Below are positions 1-10,879 of a stretch of 64,000 bases of DNA, piece after piece (the first letter of the stretch is position 1; every line of letters starts with the position of its first letter). A program made the position numbers and the translations under genes. Below the pieces are notes generated by a model. It ran no database searches, was not told the DNA's origin, and saw only the letters and a list, made by a program, of their open reading frames with translations. Origin of the DNA: Neoechinorhynchus agilis (lineage: Eukaryota; Animalia; Acanthocephala); the NCBI GenBank assembly GCA_051530055.1, contig CM121343.1, positions 1,520,389 through 1,584,388 of the forward strand. Reading direction: 5' to 3'.

Positions 1-1207
1 TTCTTAATTGGTTTAAAGTTTTCCACCATTTTCTCGAAAGATCGCGTACGGAAGGCTTATCTCATAATGCTAAAAGGAAATGAAAGATGTTTTACCCGAT
101 AATGCTCAAATTCGATGAAAAACATGAAAAGTCAATATCCACTCAGTGATTGAAGAAAACACCGAAGACTCGAGGCATTTCCAAGCGACTATAGTTCATG
201 TTCCACCGACCACGATTTTGGAATGAACGTAGGTGTAAAAACACAAAACGTAGCCACAATCGCCGATCAAAGCGATTTCAAGTAAGATCCAGCAATCACA
301 TTGGTGTGGCGAGTTTTGGCAAGCTTGTACCAGTCGACTGGATGAAAAATTCCCGTCGCCGAGAATCCGAAAGCTTTCCGCAACCCCTGCATTTGGATAA
401 GAGATTTAGAATGAAATGATCTTCACATTGCTCATCAAATCAGATTGACACAAGGTAGGAAGAGTTAGTATTCTCCACAATTCTAACATCACCTATCGCC
501 TTCTGACGACTTGTCTCTTGTCTTCACCCACTTCTAAGGTGACGTTATAAATCAATGTCTACGAGGAAATACTCGACTGCCACACGAATACGTGCCAAGC
601 TCAACTGCATCACAATCAGCCGAAAAAAAGTTGGTCGTGTTTCTTTGACTACCAAACACTTCGTGTTTATATTCATTACGCAAAGATGCCGATATTCAGT
701 CGATACCAATCAATTAGAAGCTCAAATTTACAGCCAATTTAGAAACTATAGTGTGAATAGTTGTTCTAGACGACAAAAACAACAACCGAAGTACAATCGT
801 AAATTTCACCAGGCAGTATTCACTGGATAATTTACAATAACAACATTTTAATGCTCCCTTTTTTATTAAGCTGCTTAGCCTCTGCAGTGGAAATATAGCG
901 TCGCGAATGAAAACAAATAATTATTATTTTTGCGTAGTAGCACCTAGACAAAAGGGATAAGATAATCGGCTAAAACTCGCGAAAGATCCGGGCGATTCAA
1001 TTTTTATTATTAGCATTGATATGCACCCTAGGCAGCCAAATAAATCATGCATCTAAGTCGAAACATTGCTGAAGTATTGGATAGTTAGCATGGTCGACGA
1101 ATAAATGTTACGCAAATATTTGTTTAAACTTAAATGATCGTCCCTTGGTTGAGGCAAGCGATCCCATTTCTCTCTTCTACGCAAAATGATTTCAAAAACC
1201 TTCCAGA

Positions 1208-2098
1208 TTATGAAGCGGAAATCAAATTATGAGATAAAGCTCTTTCCTTTAAATGAGCAGGAGGGAATCCAATGTGTGCAAGCATTAAATCAATTAAAGT
1301 CATGCACCTTGGAATAACTGGTGGAGTGAACGACACTTCACAGGCGATCCTAATAAGTTCATTGAGACAATGAACAAGTTCGTTGGGATATCCGCTCTGA
1401 AGAGCCAGTATTGAACTACTGATAATTTTGTCAATACCATTATCACTCGTTGCTTCGCTTACCGCCACTGCTGCCGCTGCGGATTTGTACGATGATGGTG
1501 GAACATGCATTAAACTACTTTGATTGGACTGACATGGACTAGAGGCAGAAATCATTTTGCTGGCTAAATGCATTTGTTGCTGCTTCCTGATAAACATTGC
1601 CGGTGACTGAACGTCCAAAAGTACCCGTGAATTCCTAGATCCTCCATTGAACCCACCGGTGAACATGTTACCTTCCTGCAATTTCGAGGCGTCATTGCTC
1701 TTTTCCGGCAGAAGTTCAAACGGCTTAGAAACATAGACAGGGCTGTTCATCTTATCAAACGAATAAAGGTACGAATAGTAAACACTTTTTATGGCTTCTG
1801 ATCCATTTACCAAATCGGAATTTAGACCGTATTGATCAGCCATGCCAGCCCAAAGGTTCCGGTCACTTACTCGCTCTGGTCCGCCACATGCCTTCACAGC
1901 GCGTGATAGTTCATAGAGGTCTATACGTTTGTTCGATATATGAGGAGTCGGTAATTGATCAAGCCGATGGAAAGAAGCCAATCGATTGAAGAAATCCTGA
2001 CGAATTAAAGCCTCACTACCCGCCCGGATCTCGGTAGAATGCGCGACTGAGCACTGCGGCAGTGCATCTGCGGTTCCTGATCGAACATTCGCAGACAT
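1208..2098 (-). CDS. ARID/BRIGHT DNA-binding protein, ARID2/RSC9-like (SWI/SNF-PBAF type)
   Basis: ARID fold (FFNRLASFH...IDLYELSRAVKACGG...W...Y.SYLYSFD), followed by ILALQSGYPNE, which resembles the ARID2/Rsc9 SGLPNE armadillo motif. The ATG at 2098 follows a TTTCTAG acceptor. A GTAAGT donor at 2203 suggests an upstream micro-exon (MPFIE) or a UTR exon. The 3' end may be incomplete. Confidence 0.75.
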   Translation of the reverse strand: MSANVRSGTADALPQCSVAHSTEIRAGSEALIRQDFFNRLASFHRLDQLPTPHISNKRIDLYELSRAVKACGGPERVSDRNLWAGMADQYGLNSDLVNGSEAIKSVYYSYLYSFDKMNSPVYVSKPFELLPEKSNDASKLQEGNMFTGGFNGGSRNSRVLLDVQSPAMFIRKQQQMHLASKMISASSPCQSNQSSLMHVPPSSYKSAAAAVAVSEATSDNGIDKIISSSILALQSGYPNELVHCLNELIRIACEVSFTPPVIPRCMTLIDLMLAHIGFPPAHLKERALSHNLISAS

Positions 2099-2918
2099 CT
2101 AGAAAGTAGCATTCCGAGATGCGAGAGGACCGCACATTACACAAAATTGTAAGGCCTAAAACGAAGGCGCAAAGCCTCAACCACTACGTATGCATATACT
2201 TACCTCAATAAATGGCATTGGTAATTAATCCTTGTAGAATTCTTCCGTAGCTGACACCAAGTACTTTTCGTACTTATGGAAGAAACTTAGCCCGGGATAC
2301 ATGCTTCCAACAGCATGATATTTTGAACATTGGAATTTCAAAATCGTTGCTAGGGAATTTAATAATTGCTTTAATAATTTGGATGCGTGTGAGCTTCTCG
2401 CTAATCCAATCTAATCCGCGTTCCCGGTTAATCAAGTCTCACTGTGATTGCGCGACGTTTTGGTATCAAGATCAAACGTTTTACCGTTTTCGGCCGTGTT
2501 AAACTCAAATTGCAGCTTTGCTAACTTTATGGAATAACAATGCTCTTAGTTTCGTACGTTTTTCAGTTTTGACATCTTTAATCAGCAAAATTTCAAATAT
2601 TTCCCAGAATTTTTGAATAAAAAAATCATTAGTTACATTGCTTTACTCACTCATTTTACAGTAATCCGCACAAAGGTGAAGTGCTATGTCGTGATTTATT
2701 GAATATTTCGTCGTCCCGAATAAAGGATATTTCGCATCTATAAAATATCTTTTATTTGGGGTTATCGACACCACAAATAAAACTTTATCATCCTGATGGA
2801 TTTTCTCTCTATGAAAAATTCGTATTTACTGCAAATTAATCGACATGATGCTTTGATCTTTTTTTCGTTTCGTACTTTTTTTAAACAAAAACTTTTTAAT
2901 CATAACTTAATAAAGTAC

Positions 2919-3305
2919 AAAACGTGCAATCACCACCGTCCACAAAATCTTAGCTTCTCTCCTTCCTCGGCTGTCGCTATCACGCTTGCACATTGCCTCG
3001 TTGTACTGCGAGCGAGATATTTTGTCGCAGGAATACACTTGCTCGTGCGTCGTTGGTCGTTTCTCTCAATTTCTTCGAGAGATCCTGGAGCAGGGTGCCG
3101 AGCTGCCAAGCGCTCCATACGTCTCTACTCCGAAGGGGACAAAATAGTGGACCTTCTCTAAATCCCTATATTTTCGTACCTTCCTCCCTTCCGCTGCACT
3201 GGCTGGACCTCCAGGGATTTCGAGAGAATACGGAATGCTGCTTACTGCGAGGGTGTCCACAGACGTGGCGTCCCAGAGAAGGCATTTGCCCTCCCGCCAC
3301 ATTTA
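2919..3305 (-). mobile_element. 5'-truncated, frameshifted CRE-like non-LTR retrotransposon (RLE-domain C-terminus)
   Basis: WREGKCLLWDATSVDTLA...AEGRKVRKY...HYFVPFGVETYGALG is near-identical to the copy at 25121-25800. The downstream part (QNISLAVQRG) lies in a different frame. Confidence 0.75.
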
Positions 3306-3584
3306 AGTAGAAATTGTTCATCATTTTATTATGAAATAATTCGTTAGAATTTCCTTACTTCAATCGAAACTTTGCTGCTGTTGATTTTTGTTGGATTTTT
3401 ATCGTAAATGTTGTGTGCGATGATCTCATAATTACCTTATTTACGATCTTAACCGGCCGATAAAATTGTTTTTTATTGAGGAAAACATGTGATATCGGAA
3501 AGGATATAAATATTTTTCATAGAAATTCCGGTATATTAAAATTATTTTCACGACTTAAATATGCTGTACTGTCGATGGTTCTGA

Positions 3585-5776
3585 ATGGATCGCACCAATC
3601 TTTTGTCCGCGAATCACATCATTTTTTGCTCTTCAGACATTTTACTATTAATGCAACGTCTTCCAACTCTACCCATACTCGTGAAGGATACAGTACGCGA
3701 ATTTAAGACTTGTCTGTCCAAACTAAACTACAACAATTCAACTGCAATGGTTGCCGAGGCTAAGGCCATATTAGATACATACACGGGCGATGAAATATAC
3801 GTTGCGGTCAATGCAGTAGTGGAAAGAATAGCGCTGGAACCTCTATTGAACTCTCTGTTGACGAGTTTCTGTTGTGCGTTAGTTGAGAAATCAAAGGTAG
3901 TTTCCATTCTGAGCACGGGATTCAACAATAAAGACGGTTCTGGTCAGATAGGGCTAAGCAGTCTCAAAAACGAGGATCTTGGCTCAGACGACTTGTTCTT
4001 CTTAATTCTGATTGAGATGTGCCAGAATTTGTTCGAGAATAGATACTGCGACAGTGGTGAAGAGACTACCTGGAACGTAGTGACCACAACGACTGCCATC
4101 GCAGCAGCGAACTCTACATTTCCTAATAAAAAGCAAGCTTGTCGCCGTCGAGTGTTGGCTGTTATTTCCTTGGTGGGTCGTCTATTTCTGTGCAATTATA
4201 TCCCAGAGACAGTTATTCACTTGATGACTCGGAAACTATTGAGAGTTAACGGTTTCAATGAGTCCCTAGAGCGAATCAGTCGGTCTGCAATGGAGGACGA
4301 AATCCGGTACGGTGCTCGATTAGATGCTTTCTAATCGAACATCATTCCGATTAGAATATTTATGTCGACTTTTAATTTCGACTGGCCCTCGATTGGACAA
4401 TGCGCACTGTTTAATGGATCAGTATATTTTAAGGCTTGAGCAGTTGATAAATCATATTGAAGCATCTCCTCGTGTCCGATTTTTGTGCCTTGATTTAAAA
4501 GATGCTAGGCGTAATCATTGGAATTATGAAAAATCACACAGCGTTCAACAGAGTTCAATGGTGATAGCCGGCGGTGAATGGACTGAAAATCACGATGCCC
4601 AGAATACTTCAATGGCGCAAAAAAGGTATTTCGTTGGACCACGATGTATGTCCCATGGCACATCAAGTCTTCGTTTACACAATGTGACATCGGATCAAGA
4701 AAATGGTCGTTGGAGTCGCCTAACGATCAGCGGAAGCGACCAGTCCGACAGTTCTGACATGGTAAGTGGTGCGATTATCGGACAAATCGATCGGAAAGAG
4801 ACCTCGTCGCCGGTGAACGCATATATAACCGATGAATGCGCTCAAAAGTTGAAAGTTGCGTTCACATCTTCCCGGGCTGAATTCTCTTCTCTTCTGAAAA
4901 AAATGAATCCAAACCATGAGCAAGTTGAACAGCTAATTCATTGCCTTTTATATATGAGTTTAGCTCACAATGCTGACGAAAGGCGTAATACGGTTGCCTT
5001 GATCGGTGAAATTATTGAAATCGAGGATGAATCGCGCCAAATGTTTGTTAGGTCTCTCAATTGCTGATGAAAAAGTATCGATTTTTCAGCTATTGAGTGA
5101 TTTTAAGTCTCTGCAGAAGTGCTTTGCTGAAATAGCTACTTTGGAAAGGAGTTTCACACTTGTTAAGAGCTCACTTGCTCAGGTGTGCGCCATTTTAATC
5201 GTTCGAGATCGTGTTGATTTGCGTGACTTGTTCAGTTCACCCACGCCACATCCCTTTTCACTTCTCCTTCTTCAATTCTTGTCAGAGGAAACTGGGCGGG
5301 ACAAAACGTGCTTTATAATAGCTCACATGACTACGCAAGGAATCGTAGAACTTAGCGATCTTCTTCCTCGATCACGTCTTTTGGATACAGATCAAAGTCT
5401 CCTAAGAAGTGATGAGATCGGTGTGAAAATATTAGAAGACCGAAATCTCGGATTCCTTTGCCCATTTCTTCAAATCAATCGATGCAGCCTACTCTCTCTA
5501 AGAACTGCGAACAATACAAACGAGCTGGACTTACTGATGAAATTCGACGAAAGTTTGGTAAATGCCTCGGTCTGCTATGCTGGAGCATCAATTACGTACA
5601 AAATTATGAATGATTGTTGTGATATGTCCGATGAGAAATTCCTCATTTCTAGACTACGGCGCAATGTTGCTTGTCGAAAATCAATAATCGAGTCCGTAAA
5701 ATATATGTGCTCGGAAACTGTGAAAAAATGCAATCGCCAATATTACGGCTCTTTAATCGATGATACGTTTGATTAG
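3585..5776 (+). CDS. Compact eIF4G-like protein (MIF4G + MA3-like), three exons; introns about 4312-4354 and 5047-5089
   Basis: MIF4G motifs are clear: REFKTCLSKLN, RRRVLAVISLVGRLF, EYLCRLLISTGPRLD...MDQY...SPRVRFLCLDLKDARRNHW. Two 43-nt GT-AG introns join the three overlapping ORFs in frame. Confidence 0.85.
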
Positions 5777-6438
5777 AAAAATCTAATCTTGAAATTGCGA
5801 AGTTCCAATTTACACGTATTTTAACCAATGAAATAAACGTATAAATCAATTTTGGGTTTGCTCTTACGATCTTCACCTTTAAATGTTACCGAGAGCGAAT
5901 TAAAAAACAGGAATTTCGCTCCATCAGCGTTCGAAAAAAAGGTCGGGGTAAGCAATTTAATTTAACATTGTCCTTAATGTGTAGAATTAAGCGATTGGCT
6001 TTGGAAGAGCATGATTGTTTATGAACGACGAAGTGTAACACGAAATTTCTAAGTTCTTGTGAGATCTGTGAATTTGATTGATTAGAAATCAAATGGAGGT
6101 AAAATAATTTTAATCGACCAAGGTGCCTAAGCGCTATCTTGCGCGCTACGTAGTTTTTGCTGTTGTTTAATACCAAAATCAATCAAAAAACAATCATTAT
6201 CCGATCGCACGAGTTCGCTTCAATTCAAATTTCACTTAACTATTTGATCTTTCTGAAGTTCTAAGCAACTCTGCAATTTTACAGAAAAAATTAAACTCGC
6301 ATTTTGCTCTTAAAACAATATTATTTTTTTTAAGCTTTTTAATAGATTTAATTACAAATCTTACGGATGTGAATTTCATCAATCTACATGGAAGTGTAAG
6401 TTAAAATGTGATTTTCAAAAAAAACACCTCAGTCTTGC

Positions 6439-6597
6439 TTGGAATTATTGTTTAGGTCACTACCCGGTAAATAGCGTCGATTACTAACAAACTGATGATG
6501 AACCCGACGAGGTTCGAAACGTCTGTAATAAATAATCATTTACCGGTTGAAGACCTAAACAATAATTCCAATCACATTCCCCGGTATCTTACATATC
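6439..6597 (+). ncRNA. Hairpin mini-element with minimal type I hammerhead ribozyme core (family HH-A, intact core 6492-6523)
   Basis: CTGATGA-T-GAACC-cgacga-GGTTC-GAAAC-GTC sits inside a perfect 20-bp inverted repeat (TTGGAATTATTGTTTAGGTC 6439-6458 / 6552-6571). An inner stem CCGGTAAAT/ATTTACCGG is also present. Confidence 0.65.
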
Positions 6598-6740
6598 GGC
6601 ATTTTCAGTCTTACTTAATTTGAACCCTTGCACTGCATTCTTCCCCTAATTAGGCGCACATTAGCTTTTTCGGCGCGCGGGTGCCAACGATGGCACGCAC
6701 AATATTGTTTTCGTTGAAGTCACATTTTCAGAAGCATTAA

Positions 6741-8259
6741 ATGCCCGTTGATGACAAAAGATTGGATTCTGAGCAACGAGTGAAGCTTTTTGAGTTGACA
6801 GCGTCTGTATGCGAGGAGACGCAGACTTTAAGCCGTGTGTATAGAATGATGTTTGAGATCGATTGTGAGCCGGGTGGATATAGTGCTGTACCGCAGAAAT
6901 TCAAGGATTCTTTGAAATTACGGCTGGAAGGAGTTAAAGAAGAAATCGTGAATGCAGACTCGAATTGCGGATTTGCGCTGACACGATCCTTGTTTGTTTG
7001 GTTAAAGGAATCAATACTTCGGTTGCTTCTCTTTGGAGAGAAATCGAGGCTATCGCCGGCTTTAAGTAGCCTTCTGGATGTCGATAAATACTTGGAAGCG
7101 ATCAGACAAAACTCAAATGATCATAAATGGACACTTTTGGCAATGAACAAATACTCAAAAGCTTGTATAGATGCATGTCAGCAATTGTGCTGTGCTGCTC
7201 GGGACGAACTTGTCCAGGAGACCAGGAGCATTGCTGCAGACATCGATAATGACTACGAAAAAGATATAATTAACGTGGATCGTGAGATCGAATTAATCAC
7301 CAGGATCGCGGTCAATATTCAACTATTTCAAATCGATTTGATTCACTTCACTGTGAGGGCATTCAGACCTCTGGTTCTGTCAGCCTGGCCGGCGTACTAC
7401 CGTAAACACTTCGACATGGTCGTCCAAAGATCAATACGTGAGTTTAACAATTTTGGCGTGCACGATTAGTAAGCGTCTTTGACTTTTAGCGTTCGATATC
7501 GACTGTTTTGTTGGAATTCGCGATTGGCTCACAATGACAATCGATGCGATTCAAAAATTGAGCGATCTAAGAATTCCAGAATGCACAGCCATCGTTGAAA
7601 CCATGAACGTAAGTGCAAGTGCAGCGATCAAAGATATCGTCATTGTAGGGTACGTGGAGTTTTTAAATCCAATGAATGGTCATGTAAAATCGATATTCAC
7701 AAAAGATTCTAAAGTAAGGTCTCCATTGACACTCGAAGTCGAACTTAACCGGTTTGCACCGTATTCTTTGGTGACGCAACGCGTTATCATATGCCAAGCC
7801 ATCTTTATGCTGTGTACTGAGTTTCACGTTAATCCGATCGACGATGTTTTATGTGATCAATTGTATTCGATTTCAGAGGCGTACCCGGAAGAATCTGATT
7901 ACGGAAAGTTGATCGATAACTTAAACGCTCATGTCGCCTTGCGTTTGAAGACCAGATCGGATGTGACCAATGCAATAGAACGCGAACTTGGCTTACATCA
8001 GGGGGAACCCTTACCTGAATATGGCTTACCAATCAAACCGGTTCTCAGTGTTTCTTGGCTCAGAACTAGACGGATTTTAATCGAATACATAACAAACCAT
8101 TTTAAACCCGAGGCGCCGAAAACAATCCAAGGCCATCACGACCGATTCGATAAGCATCTAAACGGGTTCCTGGAAAATTTGTCGCAATTACTTCTACTCA
8201 ATTATGAAGCATTCGCTGATATCTACGAAAGAGAAATTAATCAAGTTCTTTCACGCTAA
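6741..8259 (+). CDS. T-complex protein 11 (TCP11) family protein; intron 7438-7489
   Basis: WLKESILRLLL, LDVDKY, QLCCAARDELV and IDLIHFTVRAFRPLV...YYRKHF match recalled TCP11 motifs. A GTGAGT...TTTTAG intron of 52 nt joins the two ORFs in phase 1. Confidence 0.8.
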
Positions 8260-8495
8260 TTGACGCACTCTATGAAAATTCGATTTTAATAAATATATAG
8301 TTATTCGAAAACCAAAGTTCTTTATTAAGGTTTGTTTTTCGAAAATTCACATTTGGGCTGTTGTAAAGAAGTTCTTCATTTATATATGTGTTCTTTGGTG
8401 ATAGGAAAAATAGATATTCGCATATTTAAAAATGTACAAGCAACCTGAAGTCCGACGAGACGGACGAAATATAGAGAATTAATAAATCAATATCT

Positions 8496-8634
8496 GGAAT
8501 TATTGTTTAGGTCTTACTAACTAACTGACGATGAAACCGACGAGGTTCGCAGAACGTCTTTAATAGAAAAATCATTTACCGGTTGAAGACCTAAACAATA
8601 ATTCCAATCACATTCCCCGGTATCTCATATATCG
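8496..8634 (+). mobile_element. Second HH-A hairpin/hammerhead element; core damaged at GAAA
   Basis: It has the same terminal inverted repeat (8496-8513 / 8588-8605) and the same 3' tail AATCACATTCCCCGGTATCT as the 6439 copy. Core reads CTGACGA-T-GAAACC-gacga-GGTTC-GCAGAAC-GTC. Confidence 0.7.
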
Positions 8635-9188
8635 ACATAAATCAATATCTATTTTTCTTATCACTAAAGGAGAAATCTTTATTTCCGAGCTTTCGCCATC
8701 TTTTGGCTTAAACTCAAAAATCTACAAAGACGAATGGAGTTGTGAAGTTTGTGTTAAGGTAGCGACACTTAAGTGTGGAAATTTCGTCCTGTTTGTTGAG
8801 TAGTTTGGGAGCTTTGTAGAGCTGATGTCCAGAACTCTTTTTCCTCTTCCAACCGCCCAGGATATAAGTAGTGTATCGCCGATAGTTTCACCGGGTCATT
8901 GGCCATAAACCTAACTAGCACGTATTCGGAGAGGTGTTTTGCACATTGTGTGACCATGATTTAGCGCCCGGATTCAGTGCGTCACGAACGTGTTCCGTCA
9001 CCCGTTGACTTAAAATGCCTTTAAGTTTTCCCAAATCGGCCAAACATCGTTCGCAGGTCATCTCGTAGATCACGTTGCTTCGAGTGCAAAATCAAGTAGT
9101 ATTTCGCAAGATTAAAGTTATATAAACAAGCTTTATTTAAAACCAGGAAGAAGAATAAGTCACCGAACGTATTACCTTCGATAATTTT

Positions 9189-9692
9189 ACTATGGTTGGT
9201 AGAAATTGTTGTTGGTTCATTTTGGTTAGTTAATTTGTAGTTGTTGTTTTCCGTTCCTTCCTCTAAATCAATTCGCATTTGGAAGATTGAGCAGTGGGGA
9301 AGAAGGAGCGGAGGTGGAGATTTGTGCGACGAACTGAAAGATGGAAAATGTTGAGGTGACGAGTGTTGTAAGTGTGAGTAAAAGGAGAAATGTGTGGTAG
9401 AAATTGAAGAGGAGGAAGAGAATGAAGGCGCTTTGAGTGCTTTTGAAAGATTAGAGAGAGGTGTTTTTCTAATGGCGCAGATTAGAGCGCACCTCTTGTG
9501 AAATGTATTAAGTTTTTGGCTAGTTTAGAAGAAAAATTGCAGCGTTAGTTGGATGGCGATGTTGTAAAAGTACTTAAGGTCTTTCGCTGATCGTATCGGA
9601 GGCGTTTAAGAAGATAGAGTTTAATGGATCCTTTGTGCAACGAAATTGATATGTGCTTATCAAATTTTAGATTTTTCTGAAAATGGATACCA
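9189..9692 (-). mobile_element. Decayed LINE (CR1/L2/Jockey-group) ORF2 3' fragment; inverted homologue of 41539-42013
   Basis: Minus-strand LKFDKHI...KLYLLKRLR and HTYNTRHLNIFHL..RRTN...SFF are typical post-RT LINE motifs, interrupted by stops and frameshifts. Confidence 0.6.
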
Positions 9693-10879
9693 AAGATGCG
9701 TAAAGTTCTTTATCATCGGAGCGCATTCTAACGCTAAAAAACAATTATGAGGAAGTATACAAAAGTGAAAATCCATTGAACATCGATTGCAATCTATGTA
9801 ATTTCGCTTTGCATTGCGAGAACTTCCAAGGTAATGGACGCTGCTTTACCTTGTTGGTCGTCATGGAAACGTGATCATTGTGTACGCAATGGGATTGGCC
9901 ATCTCCGCTATTTCTTCCTCAGTGACGCTTCATGGTGATAGGTACGCCGAAAGACGTAACGTCATTTCATTGAGTTAACGTTTATCTTCCAAGAGTACTT
10001 TTTGGTAATTGAGAATGACGCTTTGACGGGCCAGGTGACCTGGTTGCTAAAAACACAAGACCGTTGACGTTTGAGACAACAGAGACGTCACCGTTCACAA
10101 GTTCATGCTCGTATACGAAAGAAATGTTAAGAGACCAATATGCATTCTAGAGAGAGAAAGTATTAATCAGTGAGTGTAACACCAACAGCTTTTTCATCAC
10201 TCGGTAAAAAAAAGATGGAATGTCAAAAACACGAGATTAAGCGGGTGGTCAATATTAGGGACACTTGTGCCGACAAAGTACTTGCCGACCGAGCTCGTAT
10301 TTCTCTGCTAAATGAACGTTTCGAAAATTCGAGATTAGGATCGCTTGCCTCGAGGAGAAGGTCGAAAGGAACATGGAATAGAGATCTTTTTACTGACTCA
10401 CACATTCTGATGGAATCTCGAAAGAGCACAGAACACGTTGCTGCGACTGAAAGGTGTTCTTCGGGCCAACTTACAAACGATAACCACGACAAAAACCTTT
10501 TCATGATCGATTCGGACGACTTTGATCTATTTAGCATGAACGACCATCGATGTGGAACCAGCGAGGACAGCAACTTTGTAGAGAGAGACAGCACTCACAT
10601 GACAAATAATTACTAGCGGCACTAAATAATAGTTATCGAAAACCTCCAATATAAATCGATTTCCCTAAAATGTACATTTCTACTTGTTTGTTTGCCGCCA
10701 GTCGTTTTTTAACATGTGCGCTGATTTGTGATTGCGCCGTCAACGCACCAGACGGTTTATGGGAAGAAGCACAGATGAAGATGATTTAATCGCAAGAGAA
10801 CCTTTAGGTACACTGGATGCATAGGTACTGTCAATGGAGGTTCTTTATCCTCTATGTTCAGGTTCGTCCAATTGAGTGT

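Noticed and set aside
8769-8957. Short ORF with EEEKEFWTSAL faintly resembling a CHMP7-type N-terminus
   Set aside because: The similarity is too weak and I found no continuing exons.
10170-10616. 148-codon ORF open on both strands
   Set aside because: It has a non-ATG start, no motif and no splice context that I could verify.
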